DNA of 64,000 bases from Terriglobia bacterium (GCA_963748015.1 CAVVHE010000004.1:1920001-1984000); one strand, 5' to 3'. Shown: positions 1 through 10,295, counted from the first letter of the stretch. Program-made: numbers and translations. Notes: generated by a model from the sequence alone, not told the origin.

Positions 1-1369
1 TGTGGCCGCCGAGCCGCCGGGTCAGGTTGTCCACCAGGGAGAGCTTGTCCTCGTCCCGGAGCTGGCGATTGAGGCTATTGCCGCCGAAGGAGCCGAAGGG
101 CCGGTCCACCCCCGGGCGGCTGGAGTCGGCGTGCTCGTCGAACGACGACGTCCCCACGAGGAGCCTGGCCTCGTTGATGAGATCGGCGGAGAGAACGGAG
201 GTGAGGGACGAGGCGAGCTGCACGTCGTGCTCGTCGAGGCTGAAACCCGTCTCCGGGGTCGCCACGCCCCCGACGTTCAGCCCATCCGTCGTCCGCGCGT
301 CGGCCGAGAGGCGGACCATCAGGAACTGCGAGGACGAGAGGTTGAAGTCGGTCCTGAGGAACAGGTTGTCGTCCTTCTGCGGCGCGAGGATGGTGCCGCC
401 GGGGACCCCGTCGCGGTCGATGCCGACGAAGGGAACGACCCGGTCGTCGCGCGACCGCTCGTAGGCGGCGAAGTAGAACGCCTTGTCCTCGCGGATCGGC
501 CCCCCCTGCTTGAAACCGATCCCGTAGCGGCTCCCCACGTCCGGCGTGTCGCTGACCGCGGCCAGCGGTTCGACGAACGCCCCCGCCGAGGTAAGGCGGG
601 CCGGCGCGGCCTGGACGAAGAGCTCGCCCGTCTCGAGGTTGCTCCCCTGCTCCGTGACGATGTTGAAGATGGCCCCGCTCGCGCGGCCGAACTCCGCGGC
701 GTACCGGCCGGTGTTGAGCACCAGCTCCTTCACCGCGAGCTGCGAGAACGACGCGTTCATCGACGTTCCGCTGATCCGATCGTTGTTGTCGAGGCCGTCC
801 ACCAGGAACGAGTTCGACCGTCCCGACTGGCCGTTGACCACGAACACCGCGCCGCGCTCCCCGGTGAAGTCGGTCGCCGGGGCGGACTTGACCGACGCGT
901 TCATCAGCGGGATGTCGGTGACGACACGCCCCGCGATCGGAAGATCGTTCGCCTGCGCCGCCCCGATCCGGAGCTCGGTGCCCGTCCGCTGCGAATCCAC
1001 GAGCGGCGCTTCCGCCCGCACCAGCACCTGCTCGGACAGCCCCTTGCCGAGCGTCAGGTCGACGGTCGCGGTCTCCTGGAGCCTCAGCGCGATCGTCCGC
1101 GAGTCGGTCGTCGAGCCGTCGGGAAGGCTCCCCGCGAGCGTCCAGAGGCCCGGCTGGAGCAGGTCCAGCCGGAAGTGCCCTAGGGCGTCCGTGATCGCCG
1201 TCCGCTCGACTCCCCTCGAAACCGAGCGGGCGCGCACGGTGGCGGCCGACGCAGGCCGGCCCGCGAGGTCGCGCACGGTCCCCTTGAGCGTCGCGGTCGT
1301 GGTCTGGGCCGAGGCGGCCACGCCCCACGCCAGCGCCAGGAGCGCGAGGACAAGGGAGCGAGGTCTCAC
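1..1369 (-). CDS. TonB-dependent receptor (carboxypeptidase-regulatory-like N-domain + plug + start of barrel), truncated by the window edge
   Basis: Not in the ORF track; translated by hand. GTG at 1369 with AGGAGG RBS; signal peptide MRPRSLVLALLALAWGVAASAQ; motifs LKGTVRD, NGQSGRSNSFLVDGLDNND, YAAEFGRASGAIFNIVT, GGPIREDKAFYFAAYE typical of Oar-like receptors. Confidence 0.9.
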   Translation of the reverse strand, partial: MRPRSLVLALLALAWGVAASAQTTTATLKGTVRDLAGRPASAATVRARSVSRGVERTAITDALGHFRLDLLQPGLWTLAGSLPDGSTTDSRTIALRLQETATVDLTLGKGLSEQVLVRAEAPLVDSQRTGTELRIGAAQANDLPIAGRVVTDIPLMNASVKSAPATDFTGERGAVFVVNGQSGRSNSFLVDGLDNNDRISGTSMNASFSQLAVKELVLNTGRYAAEFGRASGAIFNIVTEQGSNLETGELFVQAAPARLTSAGAFVEPLAAVSDTPDVGSRYGIGFKQGGPIREDKAFYFAAYERSRDDRVVPFVGIDRDGVPGGTILAPQKDDNLFLRTDFNLSSSQFLMVRLSADARTTDGLNVGGVATPETGFSLDEHDVQLASSLTSVLSADLINEARLLVGTSSFDEHADSSRPGVDRPFGSFGGNSLNRQLRDEDKLSLVDNLTRRLGGH

Positions 1370-1381
1370 GATCGCCGCCTC

Positions 1382-3619
1382 CTACTCGCCGCGCGGACCC
1401 TCTCCTCCCGTTCCCAGGGGTACGACCAGGAAGAAGTTCAGGTCGCCGTCGGGATAGGGCGTGGAGTCGACACAAGTCCCCGAGGGGCTGTCCACCAGGG
1501 GAGCGAAGGCGCCCCTGGACTGCGGCGTCCCCGAGACGAGCACACGGTAGCCGACGAGGCATCCGGGGCCGGGATCGGCTGCGTAAGGGTTCCAGCAGAA
1601 GTGGATCCCCGTGCCCGGAGGCGCCGGCGGCACCTTGTCCAATAGCAGATTCTGGACGGGGGAAGTGGGTGTGCAGGGCGTAGCCGCCTGGACCTCGAGC
1701 GGGTAGACGAAGGCGGGATCGCCGTAGACCTGGGTCGGGTAGACCAGGCTCTCGTAGGTCGTCACGACGCCGCTCGAGGGGTCCGTGAAGTCGGAGAGAG
1801 AGGTCACGGTGAAGTAGTAGGTGTAACCCGGCTGGAGGCCGCTGACCGTCGCGGTCGTGCCGGCGAACGAAACCTGCCCGGGATTGTTGACCGAATTGAA
1901 GCCGTAGCCGCCCGATCCTCCGGAGTGCGTGTCCCAGTAGACCTTGTAGCGGCTGATCCTGTGCCTGTCGGTGCCGGGATCCCAGTCGAGCGAGACGCTG
2001 GTGGACGTCGAGCCCGTAACCGTGATCGTCCTGGGCGGGTAGAGGCCGAAGCTGACGTTGGTCATGTTCACGGTCGTGAACGAGCTGCCGTCCGCGACGG
2101 TCTGGGGCGACTGGAGGAATACGACCGAGCCGAGGTGCGGGACCTGCCACAGGTACACGAACGTCCTGACCTCGTCGGCCCGGAAGAGCGAGGAGCAGCC
2201 GCTGGTCAGGTACACGCAGAAGTCGGCGATCTGTCGGACGATGAGCGAGTTGAACGTGTGGCCGGACGGCAGCGTGACCACGCCCCCCTTCACGACCTCG
2301 GAGTACTGCCTGCCGCTGTGCGTGGAGCAGTTGCCCCCGGCCGACGAGCCCGCGACGTAGAGCTTGTCCAGGAACTGCGAGGCGCCGCAGAGCTGGTTGA
2401 AGATGTTCTGCTCGCAGTTGAAGGGGGTCCCGCCCCAGGTGTCCCCCGCCTGGAAGTACCAGCCGCCCGCGTCCTGGTGCTGGAACTGCCAGAGCGGCAC
2501 CTGCGTCCTCACCTTGCCGTTCGGATCCGTGCCGAAGTAGCAGAACCGGCTCTCTCCGGAGCCGAACGTCCCGCTCTTCCCCTCGTGCTGCGCCCCGGCC
2601 CGGATCCAGACCGTGACGTCGGTCGGCCGGTCCTCGCGGACCGCGATGTCGTTGGTCTTGTCGAGGCTCGCCGGCACGTTGAAGTTCTTGTCGGTCCGCT
2701 CGAGGGACGCGCCCGGGATGGTGTACCCGCACTGCGCGAAGTTGCAGGTCTCGGCGGAGTTCACCGGCGTGGTCGTCGCAGCGATCTCGGCCCCGCTCGT
2801 GGTCGGCGAGAAATCCCATGTGTCCGCTGCGATCAGGTTTCCCATATTGGAATAGGAGGGGGTGGTGAGCGACGAGATCGCGGTGCCGGTCCCCCGATCC
2901 CAGCCGTAGTTCATGGCTTGGTAGTTCCCCTGCCACAGCTCGTCCGCGTAGATCTTGAGGGTCGCCGCCCCGAGGAGGACCTTGTCGAGCACCGTGGCGC
3001 TCGTCACCACGAGGCGCGTCGTGCCGTCCGCCGACGCCGGCCCCGTGATTTCGGCGACGATTCCCGCCCGGGGATCCACCCAGCGATGGACGAGCGTCTC
3101 CGTCCGCGCTCCGGTTGCCCCATCGACCCGGACGAGGTGGGCGCGCTGCAGCGCCGCCTCCCGCGGGCCCGACGGCAAGTGCACCCACCCGACGCCCACC
3201 GTTTCGAGGTCGATCGAGAGCCGGTCGCTCGAGCTCCCCTTCTGCTCCTCTAGTCGCAGGGACTGCCGCGCGCCGGGCCGAAGGTCGTCCGGATATCGGT
3301 CGGGGAGCTCCCAGCGGAGGGCCGCGTCGCCCCCTGCAGGATCCACGATCGCGTGGGACGCCGCCGGGTCCAGACCGCCGGCCACGTCGCGGAGAGCGAC
3401 TCCCTTGCCGCCGTCTTCCAGCCGGCGCGTCCAGGACCGCCCGGGCGCCACGCCGGTCAGGTCCCAGCGAGTCCGCCCCTCCGGACGGGCCATCTCCGGC
3501 GGGATCCCCTTCCCCGGGTCCACCTCGAAGAGCGTGACTTCCCTCGCTCCGGCCGACGCGATCGTCACGCCCAGCAGCAGCGACGCAAAACCCGCCAGAA
3601 GGCTCCGCCTGCGGCTCAT
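1382..3619 (-). CDS. Secreted Cys-containing protein with fibronectin type III domain and C-terminal beta domain
   Basis: Signal peptide; FN3 motif SVSLDW...YKVYW...TVSGLQPGYTYYFTVT; internal duplicated GxVxLPSG motif; RBS GGGAGAAG upstream of ATG 3619. Confidence 0.8.
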   Translation of the reverse strand: MSRRRSLLAGFASLLLGVTIASAGAREVTLFEVDPGKGIPPEMARPEGRTRWDLTGVAPGRSWTRRLEDGGKGVALRDVAGGLDPAASHAIVDPAGGDAALRWELPDRYPDDLRPGARQSLRLEEQKGSSSDRLSIDLETVGVGWVHLPSGPREAALQRAHLVRVDGATGARTETLVHRWVDPRAGIVAEITGPASADGTTRLVVTSATVLDKVLLGAATLKIYADELWQGNYQAMNYGWDRGTGTAISSLTTPSYSNMGNLIAADTWDFSPTTSGAEIAATTTPVNSAETCNFAQCGYTIPGASLERTDKNFNVPASLDKTNDIAVREDRPTDVTVWIRAGAQHEGKSGTFGSGESRFCYFGTDPNGKVRTQVPLWQFQHQDAGGWYFQAGDTWGGTPFNCEQNIFNQLCGASQFLDKLYVAGSSAGGNCSTHSGRQYSEVVKGGVVTLPSGHTFNSLIVRQIADFCVYLTSGCSSLFRADEVRTFVYLWQVPHLGSVVFLQSPQTVADGSSFTTVNMTNVSFGLYPPRTITVTGSTSTSVSLDWDPGTDRHRISRYKVYWDTHSGGSGGYGFNSVNNPGQVSFAGTTATVSGLQPGYTYYFTVTSLSDFTDPSSGVVTTYESLVYPTQVYGDPAFVYPLEVQAATPCTPTSPVQNLLLDKVPPAPPGTGIHFCWNPYAADPGPGCLVGYRVLVSGTPQSRGAFAPLVDSPSGTCVDSTPYPDGDLNFFLVVPLGTGGEGPRGE

Positions 3620-3713
3620 CAAACTTCTCCCTTCGGGGCCGGACGGCCCCCGCCTCCCCCCTCGCCCGGTCCAGTTCTACCCCAGGGCGGCGGTTTGGGC
3701 AATCCCGCCTCGC

Positions 3714-4511
3714 TCAGCGCTCCGGTGCCGGCGCCCTCTCGGCTTCCGAAAGCCACTCCCGCGCGTCGGGGTCGCCGGCGGCCGCCCGGGCCCGGGCGAG
3801 CTCGAGGGCGCGGGCCGACACGCCCCGTCCTTCCTCGTCGCTCCCGGTCGCCGAGAGCGCCTCGGCCAGGGCCATGAGATTCGGCGGGTAGTCCCCCTCG
3901 ATCGCGACCGCCCGGCGCGCGTGCTCGAGCCCCTTGTCGGCATCGCCCGGGCCGGTCGGCCACCCCGGGGCGCGCACGAGGAGGAGGGCGAGCGCCCGGT
4001 CCGGCCCCGCGTGGTCCAGGGCCGGCGCCGCCGTCGCCGCGCGCTCGAACGCCTCGACCATCTTCGGGAGCGCGGAGAGGGCGGTGGATGGCCGCTCGCG
4101 GGCCTGGACCCCGAGGGCGACCCCGAGCCAGTAGGAGCAGGCCGGGTCCTCGGGCGCGATCCTCCCGCACCACTGGACCGTCTCGACCGCCGCCTCGGCC
4201 GCCGCGATGCGCGACGGCGAGTCGCTCTCGTGATCCGCCAGCCACACCCTCGCCCGCACCGTCCCGAGCACGCCGTCCACTCGCGATCGGTCCGCCGCGG
4301 CCGCTCGAGCCCAGAGGTCCGCCGCCCCCCGCACCGATGGGACGTCCCGCCGGGCGTAGAGCGCCTCCGCTTTCGCGAGGAGATCGCCGGAGAGGTCCGC
4401 GGGCGCCGCGGCCGCTCCCGCGATCGCGTCGAGCGGCCGCGGCTCCCGGAGCGCCGGGGCGCAGCCGGCCAGCGCCGGGCCCAGCACCAGCAGGGGCAGG
4501 AGCCTCCTCAC
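3714..4511 (-). CDS. TPR-like lipoprotein, TRAP-T TatT/BstC-like
   Basis: Lipobox ALAGC; helical Ala-rich repeats; DHAGPDRALALLLVRAPGWPTGPGD motif; overlaps the upstream gene by 4 nt. Confidence 0.7.
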   Translation of the reverse strand: MRRLLPLLVLGPALAGCAPALREPRPLDAIAGAAAAPADLSGDLLAKAEALYARRDVPSVRGAADLWARAAAADRSRVDGVLGTVRARVWLADHESDSPSRIAAAEAAVETVQWCGRIAPEDPACSYWLGVALGVQARERPSTALSALPKMVEAFERAATAAPALDHAGPDRALALLLVRAPGWPTGPGDADKGLEHARRAVAIEGDYPPNLMALAEALSATGSDEEGRGVSARALELARARAAAGDPDAREWLSEAERAPAPER

Positions 4512-5359
4512 TTCGGAGATTCCGCCTCAGCGGCGAAGGCCTTGCGGGCCGCCTCGATCGCGCCGGTGTCGGCCCGCTCGAAGCGGACCATCTGCATGGT
4601 TTTCAGCACCTCCTCCCCCTCCGGCTTCTCGTGGAGGGAGGGAAGCGCCTTCAGCAGCGCCTCGAGGTCGGGCCCTTTCCCGCGGTCACCGACCGAGCAC
4701 AGGAGCGTTCCCGGGAGCGGCTTCGAGCGGTGCGCGGTCTCGAGCTCGGCGGCGAACGGCAGAGAGGCGAGCGCCGCGGACTGCGCGGCGTCGAGGAGAA
4801 CGGCGACGTTCTCCCCGGCCGCGGCGCGCCGCAGGGCCGACAGGATCGCCGGGGTGAACTTCACGACCGCGGACGGCGGGAGAGCGCCCCACGCGCCGAG
4901 CACCGGGCCGCGTACGAAGGCGGGAGCGTAGCCAGGAGACCCGGAGATCTCCCACCCCGCGAGCGACGCAGGGGACTTCACCATCCCCTTCTTCGCGACG
5001 AGGCTCCACGTCTCGGTCGCGCCGGAAGCCCTCACGACCTGGAGCCGGGGCACGAGCTTCAGGGTCTGCGCCTGCTGGAGATAGAAAGGGAGGGGGACGA
5101 GGGCGAGCGCGGCGTCGTCCTGCGCGAGGCGCGCGAGGCCGGGCTCCATTTTCTCGTGGTAGACCGCCGTGAGGCTTCCGGCGGGCCAGCCGGCGGCGCG
5201 CTCGGCGGCCGCGGCGAACGCGTCCATGACGGGCTTCGCCTGGGCGGTCGTGCCGGGGTATCCCGGTGCGCAGATCACCAGGACCCGCGGAGCGGCGGCT
5301 CCCGCGAGCGCTAGCGGGTGCAGGATCAGGACGAGGGCGAGCAGGCGCCTTTCGATCAT
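4508..5359 (-). CDS. Periplasmic substrate-binding protein (PhnD/phosphonate-binding-like, BstB-like)
   Basis: Signal peptide; SBP-like segments WSLVAKKGMVKSPASLAG and ALRRAAAGENVAVLLD; operon position. Confidence 0.65.
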   Translation of the reverse strand: MIERRLLALVLILHPLALAGAAAPRVLVICAPGYPGTTAQAKPVMDAFAAAAERAAGWPAGSLTAVYHEKMEPGLARLAQDDAALALVPLPFYLQQAQTLKLVPRLQVVRASGATETWSLVAKKGMVKSPASLAGWEISGSPGYAPAFVRGPVLGAWGALPPSAVVKFTPAILSALRRAAAGENVAVLLDAAQSAALASLPFAAELETAHRSKPLPGTLLCSVGDRGKGPDLEALLKALPSLHEKPEGEEVLKTMQMVRFERADTGAIEAARKAFAAEAESPK

Positions 5360-5366
5360 GGCCGGA

Positions 5367-7694
5367 CTACTCCGCCGCGGGCGCCGGGGAGCCGGCGTCC
5401 GGCTTGTGGCGGCCGAGGATCCACAGCGCGGCCGGGAGCGCGGTGAAGTCGGCCACCATGGACAGCACGAAGGCGAGCGCCGAGAGGATTCCGAGTTGCC
5501 GCATCGGAGGGAGGTCGGACAGCGCGAAGGCGAGGAACCCTCCCGCGTTGATGAGCGTGGCGAAGAAGATCGCCCGTCCCGAGATGAGGAGCGTGTGCCG
5601 CAGCCCCGCCTCGACGCTGCCCTTCTTCCGCGCCTCGAGGAAGTGGTAGAAGAAGTGGATCTGGTCGTTCTCCGACGTGCCGAGGACCGTCGAGGCGATG
5701 AGGATCGTCGCGACGTTCAGCCCGATCCCGGCGAGGCGCATGAACCCGAACATCGCCAGGATCGCGAACAGCGACGGGATCATCGCCATGAGGCGCGCCG
5801 GGCCGCTCCGGAACAGCACGACGAAGGTGACGAAGATGATCCCGGCCGTCAGCAGGAAGCTGTCCACCAGGGTCGGCACGAGGTGGTACGCGATCTTCGC
5901 CTGGAGCCGCTCGGTGCCCAGGGTCGAGACGCGGAACGGGCGCAGGGCCGGATCTCGGGCGGTCGCGTCGTCCCACAGCGCGGCGATCCTCTGGTCGAGC
6001 TCGAGGAACTCCTCGTAGCGGTCGACCCGGCTGAGCACCGTGACGTGCGTCTGCGACAGCGTCCCGACGTCCACGAACGAGCGGAGCGCAGGCTCCTGGA
6101 ACAGGAGGTTCTCGAGCTGGGCCGCCGCGTCCTCGAGCCCCGCCCGGTCCTCCGGCAGGCGGTCGCCGAACCCGGAGACGTACTGCATCAGCCTGAGGAC
6201 GGTGGTCGGTCCGACGGCGGACCCCACCTTCCGGTCGGCCTCGAGCGCTCGCGTGAACCGGTCGATGCCGAGGAGCACCTCGGGCAGGACGACCGACCCG
6301 GGCGGCCCCACGAGCCAGACCTCCGTCACCGAGAGGCTCGGGAGGAGATGCTGGATCCTCCGCGTGTCCTGAGCGAGACGGGTGCCGGGATCCATGTACT
6401 CGAGGGCGTCGGACTCGAGGCTCATCGGCGCGACCACACCGGGGAGGCCGAACAGGGCGACGGCGCCGAGCGCGCAGAACGCGAGCGACAGGGGCACCAT
6501 CACCCAGCGCCAGCGGTAGGTGAACGCCGGGAGCCGCTCCGCGAGCGCGACGAACCAAGTCCCGCCGCGGACCTTCCGCTCCTGCTGGGTCGGCGTCCTC
6601 AGGATCCGCTGGACGGCCGGGAAGAGCGTGAAGACCACCACCCACGTGATGGCGACCCCCGCCGCGACCCAAATCCCCATCTCGCGGATGGGGCGGATGT
6701 GCGAGACCGAGAGGGCGGCGAAGCCCACCGCGGTGGCGAAGAGCGACGCGGTGCACGGGAGGAACTTGTTCGCGAGGGTGTGCTCCTGGTGCTCCTCGAA
6801 GGAGCAGCCCTCCGGGTGCTCCACGAACCGCGAGTGGATGTAGACGAGCGTCGCGGTGCAGGTCACCAGCACGGTCATCGGGACCAGCGACGAGACGATC
6901 GTGATCACGTCCCCCGACATTCCCGCGTAGCCGACGGTGAGGGCCAGGCTGGCGGCGATCGTGACGAGGAACGCGAGGAGCGCCCGGAACGACCGGTAGA
7001 GGAAGAGAATCAGGCCGACGACGAACGCGCCGAAGAGCGGGAACGACCGGAGCGCGGCATTTCGCGTCGCGTCCTCGAAGTACGAGTTGATGTAGGGCGC
7101 TCCGGTCTTGCGAAGCGCCGCGAGCGGCTTGGGATCCATCAGGGTGGGATCCACGACCCGGTCCACGGCGTCCAGAACGGCGTGGCGCTCCTCCGGCGTC
7201 CTCGCGTCCAGCGAGAGGACGATCGAGAGGAAGCGCTCCCCCACCAGCCCCTGCCGGGCGAACAGGTCCGTGTCGGTGGCGAATTTCCGGAACGCCTCGC
7301 TGCGCTCGGGAGTCGGCTCGAAGCCGCCCTGGGTCCGGCGGAAGATCGTGAGGACCGACTCCACCCCCAGGCCCTGGATCTCGCCGAGACGCCGCTCGAT
7401 GTCGTCGAGACGCTTCAGGACGGCGGGAGCGTACGGGTTGGCGGCCTCGGCGACGAGGATCGCCGTCTCGGCGCGGCCGAACACCTTGGCGAAGGCCTGG
7501 GTCGCGACGTAGTCCGGGTCGGTCCGGACCACGAGGCGCTCGACCGAATCGTCCTGCCCCACCCGGAGGGCGAACCAGATCCCCGGCACCAGCAGGAGAG
7601 CGTAGAACCCGACGACCCACCATCGCCTCGCGATGACGAAGCGGAAGATCCGCTGCAGCGCGAGCGGCCCTTCGAGGCTCCCTCCTGGCGTCAA
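5367..7694 (-). CDS. MMPL/RND family transporter (BstA/HpnN-like)
   Basis: Two repeats of one TM helix + periplasmic domain + five TM helices; TAVGFAAL, LGTSENDQIHFF, ATLINAGGFLAFALSDLPPMRQLG. Exact start uncertain. Confidence 0.9.
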   Translation of the reverse strand: MTPGGSLEGPLALQRIFRFVIARRWWVVGFYALLLVPGIWFALRVGQDDSVERLVVRTDPDYVATQAFAKVFGRAETAILVAEAANPYAPAVLKRLDDIERRLGEIQGLGVESVLTIFRRTQGGFEPTPERSEAFRKFATDTDLFARQGLVGERFLSIVLSLDARTPEERHAVLDAVDRVVDPTLMDPKPLAALRKTGAPYINSYFEDATRNAALRSFPLFGAFVVGLILFLYRSFRALLAFLVTIAASLALTVGYAGMSGDVITIVSSLVPMTVLVTCTATLVYIHSRFVEHPEGCSFEEHQEHTLANKFLPCTASLFATAVGFAALSVSHIRPIREMGIWVAAGVAITWVVVFTLFPAVQRILRTPTQQERKVRGGTWFVALAERLPAFTYRWRWVMVPLSLAFCALGAVALFGLPGVVAPMSLESDALEYMDPGTRLAQDTRRIQHLLPSLSVTEVWLVGPPGSVVLPEVLLGIDRFTRALEADRKVGSAVGPTTVLRLMQYVSGFGDRLPEDRAGLEDAAAQLENLLFQEPALRSFVDVGTLSQTHVTVLSRVDRYEEFLELDQRIAALWDDATARDPALRPFRVSTLGTERLQAKIAYHLVPTLVDSFLLTAGIIFVTFVVLFRSGPARLMAMIPSLFAILAMFGFMRLAGIGLNVATILIASTVLGTSENDQIHFFYHFLEARKKGSVEAGLRHTLLISGRAIFFATLINAGGFLAFALSDLPPMRQLGILSALAFVLSMVADFTALPAALWILGRHKPDAGSPAPAAE

Positions 7695-7808
7695 CGAACG
7701 GCCCTCTTCTCGATCCGGCGGCCCGCCCCGGCGGGGAGCGCCTCGTCGACGGAAGACTCAGGATAGCGCGCCGGCCCCGGGCTCGCCGCGCTCGAGCCTA
7801 GGAGCCCG

Positions 7809-8618
7809 TCACTCCAGCTTCAGCTTCGACACGTCGAACGACGGCTCGGGGAACTTCATGCGGAACGACTCGAGCGTCTCCACGATGATCTGCGAGACGG
7901 CGAGGTTCCGGAACCACTTCCGGTCCGACGGGATCACGAACCACGGCGCCCAGGGGGTGGAGCAGCGGCTCATGGCCTCCTCGTAGGCGCGCTGGTAGGC
8001 GCCCCAGAACTTGCGCTCCTCGAAGTCGGCCGGCGAGAGCTTCCAGTGCCGCGTCGCGTCCTCGAGCCTCGCCTCGAACCGGCGCTTCTGCTCCTCCGGC
8101 GAGATGTGGAGGAAAAACTTGAGGATCGCCGTCCCCTCGTCGGCGAGCATCCGCTCGAAGGCGTTGATCTGGTCGAACCGCTTTTCCCATACCCGCTTCG
8201 GGACGAGGTCGTGCACCCTCACCACCAGCACGTCCTCGTAGTGCGAGCGGTTGAAGATCCCGATCTCGCCCCGGCGCGGAGCCTCCTTGTGGATCCGCCA
8301 GAGGTAATCGTGGTCCAGCTCCTCCTTGGAAGGAGCCTTGAACGGAGTGACCTGGCACCCCTGCGGGTTCAAGCCGGTCATGACGTGGCGGATCACTCCG
8401 TCCTTCCCGGCGGCGTCCATCGCCTGCAGGACGATCAGGAGCGAGCGCCGGTCCTCGGCGTACATCAGGTACTGGAGCTCCGCGAGGCGCTTCAAGTTCT
8501 TCTCGAGGCGCGGCTGCGCCGCCGACTTGTCGTCGACCCCGGCGGTCTCCGACGTGTCGATGCGCGAGAGACGCACCTTTCCGCCGGGCTTCACCATCAA
8601 CTTCTCGACGAGCCTCAT
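7809..8618 (-). CDS. ppk2: Polyphosphate kinase 2 family (class III-like, polyP:nucleotide phosphotransferase)
   Basis: LQAMDAAGKDG Walker A, FKAPSKEELDHDYLWR, IFNRSHYEDVLVVRV, APWFVIPSDRKWFRN; ATG at 8618 with GGAGG RBS. Confidence 0.95.
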   Translation of the reverse strand: MRLVEKLMVKPGGKVRLSRIDTSETAGVDDKSAAQPRLEKNLKRLAELQYLMYAEDRRSLLIVLQAMDAAGKDGVIRHVMTGLNPQGCQVTPFKAPSKEELDHDYLWRIHKEAPRRGEIGIFNRSHYEDVLVVRVHDLVPKRVWEKRFDQINAFERMLADEGTAILKFFLHISPEEQKRRFEARLEDATRHWKLSPADFEERKFWGAYQRAYEEAMSRCSTPWAPWFVIPSDRKWFRNLAVSQIIVETLESFRMKFPEPSFDVSKLKLE

Positions 8619-8762
8619 GTCGCGACCCTCCTTCCCGCACGGCCCCGGAGCGAGCCGTCCGCCGGGATGATGCCCGTTCTGGTCCGGGCTGGGAAGGGGC
8701 CGCCGGCCGCGCCCCAACGGGGGTAGACTCGCGGCGAGACTTCCCGAGCGGAGGGAATCGCC

Positions 8763-10295
8763 ATGATCGAGCTCTCGGCCCTGCTCCCCGTTCTCGCCGC
8801 CGCCCTCGGCTTCAAGGGCCCCGAGGCGCCGGGGAAGACGATCGGCCCGGCGGTCGCCGGCACCTGGTATCCGGCCCACCCCGACGCGCTCCGACGGGAG
8901 GTGGACGCGATGCTCGATCGCGCGGCCGCTCCCCCGCGAGGGAATGCGGGAAACGTGGTCGCGCTGATCGAGCCCCACGCCGGCTACGTGTACTCGGGCG
9001 AGACGGCGGCGCAAGGGTTCCGACGGCTGCGCGGGGCGCGCTACGACCTCGTGCTGCTGCTCGGGCCGAGCCATTACGCCTGGTTCCGAGGCGGAGCGCT
9101 TCCCGACGCCGCGGCCCTGAGAACGCCTCTCGGCGACGTGCCGATCGACCGCGAGGCCGTTGGCGCGTTGCGGGACCGGCCGGGCTTCAAGGTCATGGCG
9201 CCGGCGTTCGATCGGGAGCACTGTCTCGAGGCGGAGGTCCCGTTCCTGCAGCGCGCCCTCGAGCCCGGCTGGCGCGCGCTTCCCGTCCTGGTGGGGTCCG
9301 GAACCGCCGGCGAGGAGGCGCAGAAAGTGGCCGACGGGCTGCGTCCGCTGCTCGGCCCGGGAACGCTCGTGGTCGTCTCGTCGGACTTCACGCACTACGG
9401 CTCGGGGTTCGGGTACGTCCCGTTCAAGGAAAGCGTTCCCGAGAGGCTCCGGGAGCTGGATCTCGGGGCCGCGCGCCTGATCGAGGCCCGCGACGTCGCC
9501 GGCTTCGAGAGCTACCTCGACCGGACCGGCGCGACGATCTGCGGGCGCGACGCGATCGACGTCCTCCTCAGGCTCTTGCCGCCGGATGCGAAAGCCTCCC
9601 TCGTGGCCTACGACACCTCGGGAAGGATGACGGGCGATTTCGGGCACAGCGTGTCTTACGCGACAATGGTGTTCGAGGGGCCCGCCGCCGCGCGGCCCGC
9701 AGCGAAGAAGGAGGAAGCTCGACCGGGGCTGACCGACCCCGAGAAGACGACCCTCCTGGCCCTGGCGCGCGCCGCGGTCCGCGACGCGATCCTGAAGGAC
9801 GGCTCGCTGGCCAAGGTCCTCGCGTCCGCCGAGATCACCCCGGCCCTGAAGGAAGACCGCGGCGCCTTCGTCACGTTGAAGGAGCCCGCCGGGAGCCCCC
9901 GCGAACCGCTGGAGCTGCGCGGGTGCATCGGAACCATCGTGCCGCACGAGCCGCTCCACCGGAGCGTGATCCACAACGCGGTCGAGGCGGCGCTCCGCGA
10001 CCCGCGTTTCCCGCCGGTCGGGCGGGAAGAGCTCGACATCCTGGCGATCTCCGTCTCGGCCCTGACCCCGATCCGCCCCGTGGACGGCCCCGAGGCGATC
10101 GTGATCGGCCGCGACGGCGTCCTTCTCGAGAAAGGCGGGCACAAGGCGGTGTTCCTCCCGCAGGTCGCCCCCGAGCAGGGCTGGAACGTCCCCCAGCTCC
10201 TGGAGCACCTCGCGATGAAAGCCGGGCTCAACCGGGACGGCTGGAAGGGTGGCAAGCTCTCCGTCTTCCAGGCCGAGGTGTTCGGGAAGGAGTGA
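8763..10295 (+). CDS. amrB: AmmeMemoRadiSam protein B (MEMO1) fused to protein A (AMMECR1)
   Basis: PAVAGTWYP, PHAGYVYSG, EHCLE, SSDFTHYG, TICG (Memo), then GAFVTL, LRGCIG, DPRFPPV, FLPQV (AMMECR1). Confidence 0.93.
   Translation: MIELSALLPVLAAALGFKGPEAPGKTIGPAVAGTWYPAHPDALRREVDAMLDRAAAPPRGNAGNVVALIEPHAGYVYSGETAAQGFRRLRGARYDLVLLLGPSHYAWFRGGALPDAAALRTPLGDVPIDREAVGALRDRPGFKVMAPAFDREHCLEAEVPFLQRALEPGWRALPVLVGSGTAGEEAQKVADGLRPLLGPGTLVVVSSDFTHYGSGFGYVPFKESVPERLRELDLGAARLIEARDVAGFESYLDRTGATICGRDAIDVLLRLLPPDAKASLVAYDTSGRMTGDFGHSVSYATMVFEGPAAARPAAKKEEARPGLTDPEKTTLLALARAAVRDAILKDGSLAKVLASAEITPALKEDRGAFVTLKEPAGSPREPLELRGCIGTIVPHEPLHRSVIHNAVEAALRDPRFPPVGREELDILAISVSALTPIRPVDGPEAIVIGRDGVLLEKGGHKAVFLPQVAPEQGWNVPQLLEHLAMKAGLNRDGWKGGKLSVFQAEVFGKE

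Noticed and set aside
75..3188. 1037-aa minus-strand ORF and similar long R/G/P-rich ORFs (14932-18588, 5169-7766, 49735-52650)
   Set aside because: Alternative-frame ORFs overlapping well-supported genes in high-GC DNA
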